Assembly: GCA_035544455.1 (NCBI GenBank)
Contig: DATKEI010000094.1
Span: 1 to 56,255 of the forward strand
Origin: Candidatus Binatia bacterium
Lineage (GTDB): Bacteria > Methylomirabilota > Methylomirabilia > Rokubacteriales > CSP1-6
Direction of reading: 5' to 3'
Length of the DNA stretch: 56,255 nt
Below the pieces are notes generated by a model. That model saw only the letters and a list, made by a program, of their open reading frames with translations. It ran no database searches and was not told the DNA's origin. Each line of letters starts with the position of its first letter. Position 1 is the stretch's first letter. The translations under genes were made by a program, and so were the position numbers. Of this stretch, positions 40,034 to 50,785 are shown in pieces.

Positions 40034-40070
40034 TGTCCTGAGTCAACGAACGTTCGACTCAGGACACTAG
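40030..40070. repeat. 15-bp perfect inverted repeat (hairpin) with an 11-nt spacer
   Basis: CTAGTGTCCTGAGTC at 40030-40044, AACGAACGTTC, GACTCAGGACACTAG at 40056-40070. The left arm overlaps the actF TAG stop. It is AT-richer than its surroundings and has no T-tract. Confidence 0.85.
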
Positions 40071-40073
40071 CCG

Positions 40074-40103
40074 CCGGGAGCAGGAAGGCCCGCCGGCTCC
40101 CGG
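40074..40103 (+). terminator. second GC-rich hairpin downstream of actF
   Basis: CCGGGAGC (40074-40081) pairs with GCTCCCGG (40096-40103) around a 14-nt loop. No T-tract. Confidence 0.25.
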
Positions 40104-40138
40104 TGACCTCGCCGAGGTGAAGCCGGGCCGATGGTAGA

Positions 40139-41371
40139 ATGCCGGGCGTGATCTCCGTCGAGGAAGCGCTCGAGCGGATCCTCGCGCGAATCGAAGTGCT
40201 GAGCGACGAGCGGGCGGATCTGCTCGATGCGCTTCACCGGCATCTCGCGGAGCCGATCGTGTCGGACCGCGAGATCCCGCCGTGGCCCAACTCGTCGATG
40301 GACGGCTACGCCGTGCGCAGCGCCGACACGCGCGACGCGGCCGCCGCGCGCCCGGTCGCGCTCCGTCTCGCTGGCCACGTCGCCGCCGGCTCAGTCGCCG
40401 CGAGGGCGCTCGGCCCGGGCGAGGCGTTTCGCATCTTCACCGGGGCGCCGATTCCCGACGGCGCCGACGCTGTCGTCCCCCAGGAGGAGGTTGGCGCCGA
40501 GGGCGAGGCGGTGCGGCTGTCGGCTCCGGTCGCCTCCGGGGCCTGCGTCAGGCCCCGGGGGGAGGACATCCGGATGGGCGACGTGCTGTTCGACCCGGGC
40601 CGGCAGCTGGCGCCGGCGGACATCGGGCTGCTCGCCACGCTCGGGCGCCATCAGGTGCGAGTGACCAGACGGCCGAGGGTCGGGATCCTGTCCACGGGCG
40701 ACGAGATCGTGGACCTTGGCGGCCGGCTGGGTCCCGGGCAGATTCCCAACTCGAACACGTACTCCCTGATGGCCCAGGTGGTGGAGACCGGAGGCGAGCC
40801 CGTGAATCTCGGGGTGGCCCCGGACACCCTGGCCCAGATCGAGGACAAGCTCCGCGGCGGTCTCGGCTGCGATATCGTCGTGTCGTCCGCAGGCGTCTCG
40901 GTCGGCGAGCACGATTTTGTCAAGGATGCGCTCTCCCGGCTGGGGGCCGAGCAGCACCTGTGGCTCGTCAACATGCGCCCGGGCAAGCCAGTCGCCTTCG
41001 CCTCGATCCCACGCCCGCCGAAGCCGCCGCTGCCCGTCTTCGGGCTTCCCGGCAATCCCGTGTCGGCGATGGTCACCTTCGAGCTCTTCGTGCGACCCGC
41101 CCTGGTCCGGATGGGCGGAGGCCCCCCGCGGCCCCGGGCATTGGTCCGGGCCGTCGCCCTGGCGCGGATCCCGAACCCCGGCGACCGCCGGGGGTACCTC
41201 CGGGTGAGCCTGGAACGGGCGGGAGCAGCGCTCGGAGCGAGGCTGACCGGGGAGCAGGGCTCTGCCATCCTCCGATCGATGGCGGCGGCCGATGGCCTGG
41301 CCGTCGTGCCCGGGAACACCACCATCGAAGCGGGCCAGCCCGTCGATGTCATGCGCCTCCGCCCGCAGTAG
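40139..41371 (+). CDS. moeA: molybdopterin molybdotransferase MoeA
   Basis: Contains ISVEEALERILA, IPPWPNSSMDGYAVR, FRIFTGAPIPDGADAVV and SSAGVSVGEHDFVK. Confidence 0.93.
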   Translation: MPGVISVEEALERILARIEVLSDERADLLDALHRHLAEPIVSDREIPPWPNSSMDGYAVRSADTRDAAAARPVALRLAGHVAAGSVAARALGPGEAFRIFTGAPIPDGADAVVPQEEVGAEGEAVRLSAPVASGACVRPRGEDIRMGDVLFDPGRQLAPADIGLLATLGRHQVRVTRRPRVGILSTGDEIVDLGGRLGPGQIPNSNTYSLMAQVVETGGEPVNLGVAPDTLAQIEDKLRGGLGCDIVVSSAGVSVGEHDFVKDALSRLGAEQHLWLVNMRPGKPVAFASIPRPPKPPLPVFGLPGNPVSAMVTFELFVRPALVRMGGGPPRPRALVRAVALARIPNPGDRRGYLRVSLERAGAALGARLTGEQGSAILRSMAAADGLAVVPGNTTIEAGQPVDVMRLRPQ

Positions 41372-41416
41372 CGGCGGTGGCCTGTCGTTTTTGCCCGGCC
41401 CTCTGCCAGCAGTGTC

Positions 41417-41444
41417 TTGACGCACCTCGTCAAACGCGTATACT
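41417..41444 (+). promoter_or_regulatory. sigma-70-like promoter TTGACG-N16-TATACT upstream of dprA
   Basis: TTGACG at 41417-41422 and TATACT at 41439-41444. The -35 element forms a short inverted repeat TTGACG-cacct-CGTCAA (41417-41433). Confidence 0.5.
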
Positions 41445-41478
41445 GAACGGCATTCGCCCCCCGCAAGTGAGGCCCGCC

Positions 41479-42516
41479 ATGGAACTGCATCGCGACGCTG
41501 GTCGCCGCCCGCCCGGGAAGCGGGGACAGGAGGATCGGGCGTGGGCCGCCGCCCGGGACGTGGCGCTCGCACAGGATGAGTACCCCGCTCATCTGCGCAG
41601 CATTCCGTCTCCACCGGGGATGATCGCAGTGGTGGGGCAGCTGATCCCGGCCGATGCTCTCGCCGTGGCGGTGGTAGGGTCGCGGCATCCTACCCCCTAC
41701 GGGCAGGAGATGGCAGGGCGTCTGGCCGGCGACCTGGCGCGGCGAGGGGTGACGATCGTGAGCGGCCTCGCCCGCGGCATCGACATCGCCGCGCACCGGG
41801 CGGCGATCCGGGCGGGCGGCCGCACGATCGCGGTGCTCGGGTCGGGGATCGACGTCCTCTACCCGGCCGAGCACGTGGCCGACGCGCGGGCCATCGTGGC
41901 CGCGGGGGCGGTGCTGTCCCAGTTCCCGCAGGGAACGCCACCGCTGCCGCGTCATTTCCCGGTGCGCAACCGCGTCATTGCCGGACTTTCGCTGGGGGTG
42001 GTTATAGTGGAGGCGGCAGAGCGGAGTGGCTCCCTCATCACGGCGGGTCTGGCCGGGGACCTCGGCCGCGAGGTGATGGCGGTGCCGGGCCGGGCCACCT
42101 CGCCTGAGAGCCGGGGCGCGCACCGCCTGATCAAGGACGGCGCGGCGCTGGTGGAGAGCTGGGAGGACGTCGTCGCCCAGCTGCCCGAGCGCTGGCGGGC
42201 GTGTGTGGGCATGAGGGAGGCCGGGACCTCCGGGGGCGACCCGCCGGTGGCGGCGGCGATGGGGAACGGAGAGCGAACGCTGATGGATCTGCTGAGCGAG
42301 GACGCGATGGGGCTGGATGAGCTGATCCAGGCCAGCGGGCTTGAGGCGCCGCGAGTGGCGGCGCTGATCGGCGCGCTCGAGATCGAGGGCCTGGTGCGCA
42401 AGCTCCCGGGGCCGCGGTTCGCCCGCGCAGGGGCAGGGGGCCTCGGGCCATGGGAACCCCGGGCCGGCCGCTCCGCGGCGGCTCGCCCCGGTGCCGGACA
42501 CACCGGCGAGGAGTGA
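41479..42516 (+). CDS. dprA: DNA-processing protein DprA (Smf), lacking the N-terminal SAM-like domain
   Basis: Contains YPAHLRSIPSPPGMIAVVG, VVGSRHPTPYG, IVSGLARGIDIAAHRAA and FPVRNRVIAGLS, plus a C-terminal winged-helix-like region (LDELIQASGLEAPRVAALIGALEIEGLV). Confidence 0.9.
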   Translation: MELHRDAGRRPPGKRGQEDRAWAAARDVALAQDEYPAHLRSIPSPPGMIAVVGQLIPADALAVAVVGSRHPTPYGQEMAGRLAGDLARRGVTIVSGLARGIDIAAHRAAIRAGGRTIAVLGSGIDVLYPAEHVADARAIVAAGAVLSQFPQGTPPLPRHFPVRNRVIAGLSLGVVIVEAAERSGSLITAGLAGDLGREVMAVPGRATSPESRGAHRLIKDGAALVESWEDVVAQLPERWRACVGMREAGTSGGDPPVAAAMGNGERTLMDLLSEDAMGLDELIQASGLEAPRVAALIGALEIEGLVRKLPGPRFARAGAGGLGPWEPRAGRSAAARPGAGHTGEE

Positions 42517-44768
42517 TGGTGGTCAAGCGATCGCTGGTGGTCGTGGAGTCACCCACCAAGGTGAAGACCATCCAGAAGTACCTGGACTCCAAGTACATCG
42601 TGAAGGCCTCGATGGGGCACGTCCGCGACTTGCCCAAGTCCAAGCTCGGCGTCGACGAAAAGCACGGATTCAAGCCGGACTACCGGGTCCTGCCCGCGAA
42701 GAAGAAGATCCTGGACGAGCTCAAGCGGGCGGCCAGGAAGGTGGAGTTTCTCTACATCGCGACCGACCCCGACCGCGAGGGCGAAGCCATCGGCTGGCAC
42801 CTCGCCCAGGAGCTCGGGATCAAGCGGGGCAAGGTCCACCGCATCCTGTTCAACGAGATCACGGAGCGCGCGGTGAAGCAGGCGTTCCTGCGCCCGGGCG
42901 TGATCGACCTTCACAAGGTCGATGCCCAGCAGGCGCGCCGCGTGCTGGATCGGCTCGTGGGCTACAAGCTCTCGCCCCTTCTCTGGGAGAAGATCCGCCG
43001 CGGGCTCTCGGCGGGGCGCGTCCAGTCCGTCGCCGTGCGCCTGATCACGGAACGGGAGCGCGAGATCCTGGCCTTCGTGCCCGTCGAGTACTGGTCGCTT
43101 CACGCACAGCTGCGCGCCAAGCATCCGCCGGAGTTCGAGGCGACCCTGCGCGAGGTCCGGGGGCAGAAGGCCAGCCTCGCCTCGGAGGCGGAGACGCTCG
43201 AGGTCGTGAGCGGGCTCGACGGGCAGCAGTGGCGAGTCGAGTCCGTGACCCGCGGGGAGCGCCGCCGCAACCCGGCGGCGCCCTTCATCACCTCCACCCT
43301 CCAGCAGGATGCCAGCCGCAAGCTCCACTTCACCGCCAAGAAGACGATGATGCTCGCCCAGCAGCTCTACGAGGGCGTCGAGCTGGGCGAAGAGGGCGCG
43401 GTGGGACTCATCACCTACATGCGCACGGACGCGGTGCGGGTGGCCCAGGAGGCCCAGGCCGAGGCGCGCGAGTGGGTGACGCGGCGCCTGGGCGCCGACT
43501 ACCTGCCCGAGGCACCGCCGGTGTACCGGGCGCGCAAGGCCGCCCAGGACGCGCACGAGGCGATCCGGCCGTCGTCGGTGGATCGCGAGCCCCGCGAGCT
43601 GGCGCGCTTTCTGACCAAGGACCAGCTCGCGCTGTACCGGGTGATCTGGGAGCGCTTCCTGGCCAGCCAGATGAAGCCGGCTGTCTACGACACGGTGGCT
43701 TCGGACATCACGGCCGGCCACTGCCTCTTCCGGACCCAGGGCTCCACCCTCAAGTTCGCGGGCTTCACGGCGGTCTACGTCGAGTCGCGGGAAGAGACGG
43801 AGGCCCCGCCCGAGGAGGAGGCCGAGAGCCAGGTGCCGCCGCTTGAGGAGGGCGAGGTGCTCGCGCTCCTGGCCCTTCATCCCCGGCAGCACTTCACGCA
43901 GCCGCCACCTCGCTTCACCGAGGCCTCGCTGGTCAAGACGCTCGAGGAGCGGGGGATCGGCCGCCCGTCCACCTACGCCCAGATCCTGTCGACCATCCTG
44001 GACCGCGAGTACGTCCGGCGCGAGAAGGGCACGCTGTTCCCGACCGAGCTCGGGCTCCAGGTCACGGACATGCTGGTGCCGCACTTCCCCGAGATCATGG
44101 ACGTCGAGTTCACCGCCCAGATGGAGGAGTCCCTCGACAAGATCGAGGACGGAGACGCCGACTGGGTCGATACCGTGTCCACGTTCTACCGGCAGTTCGC
44201 CAAGGACCTCAAGCGTGCGGGCAAGGAGATGGACGACGTCAAGCGGGGCAAGGAGACCGGCGAGCCATGCCCCGACTGCGGCAAGCCCCTCGTGGAGAAG
44301 TGGGGGCGTTTCGGCAAGTTCCTCGCGTGCTCCGCCTACCCCGACTGCAAGTACACGAAGGACCTCGGCGGCGGGCGGCCGAAGATCGAGGACGAGCCGA
44401 CGAGCGACACCTGCCCGACCTGTCGCAAGCCCATGGTGATCAAGCACGGGCGCTTCGGGCGGTTCATCGCGTGCTCGGGGTATCCGGAGTGCAAGACCAC
44501 CAAGCCGGTGACGATGGGGATTCCCTGCGCGGAGCCGGTCTGCGACGGCCAGCTCGTCGAGCGGCGGAGCAAGCGCGGGCGGACCTTCTATTCCTGCTCG
44601 AACTACCCGAACTGCAAGTTCTCGGTGTGGGCGCGCCCGGTGGCCGAGGCCTGTCCGCAGTGCGGGGCGTCGTTCCTCACCGAGCGCGTGGCGCGGGACG
44701 GGCGGCGGACGCGGTCGTGCATTCGGCAGGAGTGCGGGTTCAAGCAGGAGCTGGCGCCGGGCGCCTGA
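42516..44768 (+). CDS. topA: DNA topoisomerase I
   Basis: TGATG overlap with dprA. TOPRIM LVVVESPTKVKTIQKYL, active-site Tyr region GLITYMRTD, and four C-terminal Cys4 zinc ribbons (CPDCG..CSAYPDC, CPTCR..CSGYPEC, C..C..CSNYPNC, CPQCG..C..C). Confidence 0.97.
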   Translation: MVVKRSLVVVESPTKVKTIQKYLDSKYIVKASMGHVRDLPKSKLGVDEKHGFKPDYRVLPAKKKILDELKRAARKVEFLYIATDPDREGEAIGWHLAQELGIKRGKVHRILFNEITERAVKQAFLRPGVIDLHKVDAQQARRVLDRLVGYKLSPLLWEKIRRGLSAGRVQSVAVRLITEREREILAFVPVEYWSLHAQLRAKHPPEFEATLREVRGQKASLASEAETLEVVSGLDGQQWRVESVTRGERRRNPAAPFITSTLQQDASRKLHFTAKKTMMLAQQLYEGVELGEEGAVGLITYMRTDAVRVAQEAQAEAREWVTRRLGADYLPEAPPVYRARKAAQDAHEAIRPSSVDREPRELARFLTKDQLALYRVIWERFLASQMKPAVYDTVASDITAGHCLFRTQGSTLKFAGFTAVYVESREETEAPPEEEAESQVPPLEEGEVLALLALHPRQHFTQPPPRFTEASLVKTLEERGIGRPSTYAQILSTILDREYVRREKGTLFPTELGLQVTDMLVPHFPEIMDVEFTAQMEESLDKIEDGDADWVDTVSTFYRQFAKDLKRAGKEMDDVKRGKETGEPCPDCGKPLVEKWGRFGKFLACSAYPDCKYTKDLGGGRPKIEDEPTSDTCPTCRKPMVIKHGRFGRFIACSGYPECKTTKPVTMGIPCAEPVCDGQLVERRSKRGRTFYSCSNYPNCKFSVWARPVAEACPQCGASFLTERVARDGRRTRSCIRQECGFKQELAPGA

Positions 44769-44775
44769 CCGCCTG

Positions 44776-45696
44776 TTGGACCCGGCAGACGACCCCGTCC
44801 GATCGTTCCTCGAGTACCTCGAGGTGCAGCGTGGTGCCTCCGCCCACACCCTCCGGGCCTACGCGAGCGACCTGCGGGAGTTCCGGGCCTGGGCGCGCTC
44901 AGAAGGTGAGTCCGACCTGACCGGCACCGACGCGGCTCTCGTCCGGGCCTATCTCGCGTGGCTGGCGCGGCGGCGGCTGGGTCGGACATCGGTGGCGCGC
45001 CGGCTCGCCACGCTGCGAAGCTGCTTTCGATTCCTCGCCCGCCACGGCGTGGTGAAGCGGAACCCGGCCCGGGAGGTGCGCAGCCCTCGCCTGCCGCGGG
45101 TCCTGCCGTCCTTTCTTCCCAAGGACGAGTCGAAGGACCTCCTGGATCGCCCCGCGGCGGCCGGCGAAGCGGGTCGGCGCGACGATGCGCTGCTCGAGCT
45201 CCTGTACGCCACGGGGATCCGCGTGGGCGAGTGCTGCGGCCTGGACATCGAGGACGTGGACCACGGCCAGGGGACGGTGCGCGTTCAGGGCAAGGGCGGC
45301 AAGGAGCGCATCGTCCCGGTGGGCGATGTGGCGCTCGCCGCGCTCGATCGCTACCTCGCCGGGCGAGCGGGGGGGGCGCAGGGCCCGCTCTTCCGCAACC
45401 TGCGTGGCGGGCGGCTCACCGCGCGGACCGCGCACCGCATCGTCCGGGCACGCGCCCGGGCGGCGGGGATCGAGCGGCGGGTGAGCCCCCACGTGCTGCG
45501 CCACAGCTTTGCCACCCACATGCTTGGCGAGGGGGCCGACCTGCGGCTGATCCAGGAGCTGCTCGGCCACAGCCGCCTGACGACCACCCAGCGGTATACG
45601 CACGTGAGCCCGGAGCAGCTCATGCGGGTGTACGACGCCTCCCATCCGCGAGCGATCTCCGGGTCACCCCGTCCCGAGGGAGCCGGCGGGCGATGA
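44776..45696 (+). CDS. xerC: tyrosine site-specific recombinase XerC/XerD
   Basis: TTG start. Contains [43 protein letters not shown] and [15 protein letters not shown]. It sits in the conserved xerC-hslV-hslU context. Confidence 0.9.
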   Translation: MDPADDPVRSFLEYLEVQRGASAHTLRAYASDLREFRAWARSEGESDLTGTDAALVRAYLAWLARRRLGRTSVARRLATLRSCFRFLARHGVVKRNPAREVRSPRLPRVLPSFLPKDESKDLLDRPAAAGEAGRRDDALLELLYATGIRVGECCGLDIEDVDHGQGTVRVQGKGGKERIVPVGDVALAALDRYLAGRAGGAQGPLFRNLRGGRLTARTAHRIVRARARAAGIERRVSPHVLRHSFATHMLGEGADLRLIQELLGHSRLTTTQRYTHVSPEQLMRVYDASHPRAISGSPRPEGAGGR

Positions 45697-46225
45697 CGGC
45701 GATTCACGCCACCACGGTGGTCTGCGTGCGACATCGCGGCCAGGTCGCCATCGGCGGGGATGGGCAAGTCTCCCTTGGCAACACTATCGTGAAGCAGGGG
45801 GCGCGCAAGGTGCGCACCGTCTATCACGGCCGCGTCCTCGCCGGCTTCGCCGGCGCCGCGGCGGACGCCTTCACCCTGTTCGGCAAGTTCGAGAGCAAGC
45901 TGGAGGAGCACCGGGGCAACCTGTCCCGGGCCGCCGTGGAGCTTGCCAAGGACTGGCGCACCGACCGCGTGCTCCGCCGGCTCGAGGCGCTCCTGGCCGT
46001 GGCCGACGCCGCGGCCTCGCTCATCATCTCGGGAACCGGCGACGTGATCGAGCCGGACGACGGAGTGATCGGCATCGGAACCGGGGGGCCCTTCGCCCTC
46101 GCCGCGGCTCGCGCCCTCGTCGCCCACTCCGACCTCGGGGCCGCGGCGGTCGTGGAGCAGGCGCTGCGCATCGCCGCCGAGATCTGCGTGTACACCAACG
46201 ACCGCATCACGGTGGAGGTGCTCGC

Positions 46226-46229
<4 letters not shown>
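45693..46229 (+). CDS. hslV: ATP-dependent protease subunit HslV (CodW-like N-terminus)
   Basis: ATGA overlap with xer[30 protein letters not shown] carries a 5-residue extension before the usual TT, like B. subtilis CodW (MSSFHATT..). Confidence 0.93.
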
Positions 46230-47578
<1,349 letters not shown>

Positions 47579-47674
47579 GACTCCGGGACATTCCATGAGC
47601 CTTCTCGCGCGGACGGACCTCGGGGCCCAGCGGGCCGGGCGCGCCGCCCCCGTTCCCGACGGGCGGCCCGGCCG

Positions 47675-48571
47675 GTGAGCGCCCCTCTCGCCGGGGCGGA
47701 CGGGATGGCCTCGCTGGTGCAGCGGGCCGAGATCCTGATCGAGGCGCTTCCCTACATCCGGGCCTTCCAGGGCAAGACGCTCGTCATCAAGTACGGGGGC
47801 GCCGCCATGGAGCAGGCCGAGCTGAAGGAGCAGTTCGCAAAGGACGTGCTCCTGCTCCGCCTGGTCGGCTTCCGCCCCGTCATCGTGCACGGGGGCGGCC
47901 CGCAGATCGGGGCCCTCATGAAGCGGCTTGGCAAGGAGCCGCGCTTCGTGGGGGGCATGCGGGTCACCGACGAGGAGACCATCGAGATCGTGGAGATGGT
48001 CCTGGTCGGCCGGATCAACAAGGAGATCGTGGGCCTGATCAACCTGCACGGGGGGCGCGCCGTGGGGCTGTCGGGCAAGGACGGGTCGCTGCTCCGGGCT
48101 CGCCGGCGCCTGCACCGGATGCCCGACGGCACCATGGCCGACATCGGGCTGGTGGGTGAGGTGGAGTCGGTCAATCCCGAGGCCATCCGGCTCCTCGAGG
48201 AGAACGGGTTCATCCCGGTGATCGCGCCGGTCGGGGTGGGGGCCGCCGGCGAGACCTACAACATCAACGCCGACCTCGTGGCCGGCGACGTGGCCGCGGC
48301 CCTGGCCGCCGAGAAGCTCATCCACCTGACAGACGTGCAGGGCATCCGGGGGGAGGACGGGCAACTCGTCTCCACCCTGACCCGGGATCGCGCGGAGCGG
48401 CTCATCAAGGGCAACGTCATCGACGGCGGAATGCTGCCCAAGGTGGAGTCCTCCCTGCGCGCCCTGACCGGCGGGGCCGCCAAGGCCCACATCATCGACG
48501 GGCGCGTCCCGCACGCGATCCTGCTGGAGCTGTTCACCAAGGAAGGCATCGGCACCGAGATCGTCCTGTGA
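47675..48571 (+). CDS. argB: acetylglutamate kinase
   Basis: Contains LIEALPYIRAFQGKTLVIKYGGAAM and VHGGGPQIG. The family-typical start MASLVQ is at 47705; the GTG at 47675 is the longest ORF. Confidence 0.93.
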   Translation: MSAPLAGADGMASLVQRAEILIEALPYIRAFQGKTLVIKYGGAAMEQAELKEQFAKDVLLLRLVGFRPVIVHGGGPQIGALMKRLGKEPRFVGGMRVTDEETIEIVEMVLVGRINKEIVGLINLHGGRAVGLSGKDGSLLRARRRLHRMPDGTMADIGLVGEVESVNPEAIRLLEENGFIPVIAPVGVGAAGETYNINADLVAGDVAAALAAEKLIHLTDVQGIRGEDGQLVSTLTRDRAERLIKGNVIDGGMLPKVESSLRALTGGAAKAHIIDGRVPHAILLELFTKEGIGTEIVL

Positions 48572-48635
48572 GCGCGGCCGCGCCGCCGACGACGAGGACG
48601 GGACAGACCAGGGCGGCACAAAGGAGGCACACCCG

Positions 48636-49838
48636 GTGAACACCCAGGAGCTGCTGACCCTCTCGGACAAGCACCTGATGACCTTCACGAAGCGCCAGCC
48701 GGTGGCCCTGGTGCGCGGCGAGGGCGTGCGCGTCTGGGATACTGACGGCCGCGAGTACCTCGACTTCACGGGTGGGATCGCCGTGACCGCGCTGGGCCAC
48801 TGCCATCCCCGCGTGGTGGGGACGCTGCGAGAACAGGCGGCCACGCTGCTCCACGTGTCGAATCTGTTCCTCGTGCCCCCGCAGATCCACCTGGCCAAGC
48901 TCCTGTGCGACCACTCCTTTGCCGACCGCGTCTTCTTCTCGAACTCCGGCGCCGAGGCCAACGAGACCGCCATCAAGCTGGCCCGCAAGTGGGCCAAGGA
49001 GCACGGGGCGAGCGACCGCGGGGACATCATCACCATGCGCGGCGGATTCCACGGGCGGACCCTGGCCACGGTGACGGCGACCGCCCAGGAGAAGTACCAC
49101 CACGGGTTCGAGCCGCTTCCCACCGGGTTCAAGTACGTGGCCTTCGACGACCTGCGCGCCGTGGAGCGCGCCATCGACAGCCGCACCGCGGCGGTGCTCG
49201 TCGAGCCTCTCCAGGGGGAAGGCGGGGTGATCGTGCCCGGAGACGGGTACCTGCCCGGTCTGCGCAAGCTGTGCGACGAGGCGGGCATTTTGCTCATCCT
49301 CGACGAGATCCAGACCGGTATGGGCCGGACGGGCCGGCTGTGGGCCTACGAGCATTCCGGGGTTGCGCCGGACATCATGACCGTGGCCAAGGCCCTGGCC
49401 AACGGCGTGCCCATCGGGGCGACCCTCGCCACCGAGGACGTCGCCTCGGCGTTCACGCCGGGGACGCACGGCAGCACCTTTGGCGGCAACCCCCTGGCCA
49501 CGGCGGTCGGGCTCACCGTGCTCGGCACGCTCATCGAGGAAGGGCTCCCCGCGCGGGCGGCTCGCGTCGGACGCGCGCTCATGGCGCGGATGACGGCGAT
49601 CCAGGGGCGCCACCCCCGCCTGGTGAAGGACGTGCGAGGTCGGGGCCTGCTGATCGGCCTCGACCTCGCGCCGCCGGTGGCCGCGGTCCTGACCGCCTGC
49701 CGCGAGCGGGGACTCCTGGTGCTGACGGCCGGGGACAACACGCTCCGCCTGGCCCCGCCCCTGATCCTGGATGAGGCGGACGCGGAGCGCGCCGCCGAGA
49801 TCGTCGAGAAGAGCCTCGTCACCACCGCCCCGGCATGA
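48636..49838 (+). CDS. argD: acetylornithine aminotransferase
   Basis: GTG start after AAGGAGG. Contains FSNSGAEANE, LILDEIQTGMGRTG and TFGGNPLA. Confidence 0.93.
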   Translation: MNTQELLTLSDKHLMTFTKRQPVALVRGEGVRVWDTDGREYLDFTGGIAVTALGHCHPRVVGTLREQAATLLHVSNLFLVPPQIHLAKLLCDHSFADRVFFSNSGAEANETAIKLARKWAKEHGASDRGDIITMRGGFHGRTLATVTATAQEKYHHGFEPLPTGFKYVAFDDLRAVERAIDSRTAAVLVEPLQGEGGVIVPGDGYLPGLRKLCDEAGILLILDEIQTGMGRTGRLWAYEHSGVAPDIMTVAKALANGVPIGATLATEDVASAFTPGTHGSTFGGNPLATAVGLTVLGTLIEEGLPARAARVGRALMARMTAIQGRHPRLVKDVRGRGLLIGLDLAPPVAAVLTACRERGLLVLTAGDNTLRLAPPLILDEADAERAAEIVEKSLVTTAPA

Positions 49839-50785
49839 GCCACTTCCTGTCGATCCAGGACCTCGAGCCGGCCGCGGTTCCGCGCCTCTTCCGGCTTGCC
49901 GCGGACCTCAAGGCGCAGGGCAAGGCCCGTGAGCGTCAAGCGCGGCTGCCCGGGCGAACCCTCGCCCTGGTCTTCGAGAAGCCCTCGCTCCGCACGCGCG
50001 TCACCTTCGAGGTGGCCATGGTGCACCTCGGGGGGGCGGCGGTGTACCTGGGGGCGCAGGAGATCGGACTCGGGCGGCGGGAGTCGCCGGCGGACGTGGC
50101 CCGCAACCTGTCGCGGTGGGTCGACGCCATTGCGGCCCGGGTGTTTGCCCACGGGACCGTGCAGGAGCTGGCCCGCCATGCCTCGGTCCCCGTCATCAAC
50201 GCGCTCTCCGACCTCGAGCACCCCTGCCAGGCCCTGGCCGACTTCTTCACGCTGTGGGAGCGGGGCCTCGATCTCAGCCGGATCCGGATCGCCTTCGTGG
50301 GCGACGGCAACAACGTCTGCCACTCCGTGTTGCTCCTCGCCGCCATGGTCGGCACCTCGGTGACCGTCGCCACCCCGCCCGGCTTCGAGCCGGAGGCCCG
50401 CATCGTGCAGGAGTGCCGGCGGCGGGGTGGGCGGGTGACCATCACCACCGAGGCGCGCGAGGCGGTGGAGGGAGCGGACGTCGTGTACACGGACGTGTGG
50501 ATCAGCATGGGCCAGGAGCAGGAGCGGGAGCGTCGCCTCGAGGCCTTCCAGCGCTACCAGGTGAACGAGCGCCTCCTTCGGTTCGCCGGGTCGCGCGCGC
50601 TCGTCATGCATTGCCTGCCCGCGCATCGCGGGGAGGAGATCACCGACGAGGTCCTGGACGGCGAGCGGAGCGCGGTGCTCGACCAGGCGGAGAACCGGCT
50701 CCACGCGCAGAAGGCGGTGCTCCTCCACCTGCTCGGGGCGGACATGTCGCCGGCGGGCGACGGGGGCGGGAGGAGTTGCTCGTGA
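49835..50785 (+). CDS. argF: ornithine carbamoyltransferase
   Basis: ATGA overlap with argD. Contains [21 protein letters not shown] and [10 protein letters not shown]. Confidence 0.93.
   Translation: MSHFLSIQDLEPAAVPRLFRLAADLKAQGKARERQARLPGRTLALVFEKPSLRTRVTFEVAMVHLGGAAVYLGAQEIGLGRRESPADVARNLSRWVDAIAARVFAHGTVQELARHASVPVINALSDLEHPCQALADFFTLWERGLDLSRIRIAFVGDGNNVCHSVLLLAAMVGTSVTVATPPGFEPEARIVQECRRRGGRVTITTEAREAVEGADVVYTDVWISMGQEQERERRLEAFQRYQVNERLLRFAGSRALVMHCLPAHRGEEITDEVLDGERSAVLDQAENRLHAQKAVLLHLLGADMSPAGDGGGRSCS

Noticed and set aside
44776-45696. Tyrosine recombinase as a marker of an integrated mobile element or integron.
   Set aside because: It sits in the conserved housekeeping context topA-xerC-hslV-hslU with overlapping stop and start codons. 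No flanking repeats, attachment sites, phage genes or cassettes are present. I interpret it as a chromosome-dimer-resolution XerC/XerD.
47595-47678. 27-codon uORF (MSLLARTDLGAQRAGRAAPVPDGRPGR) whose stop overlaps the GTG start of the longest argB ORF. It contains 5 Arg codons, so it is a possible arginine leader peptide.
   Set aside because: It has no Shine-Dalgarno sequence. The Arg content is what any random frame gives at this GC content. No terminator/antiterminator alternative is visible. argB more likely starts at the ATG at 47705.
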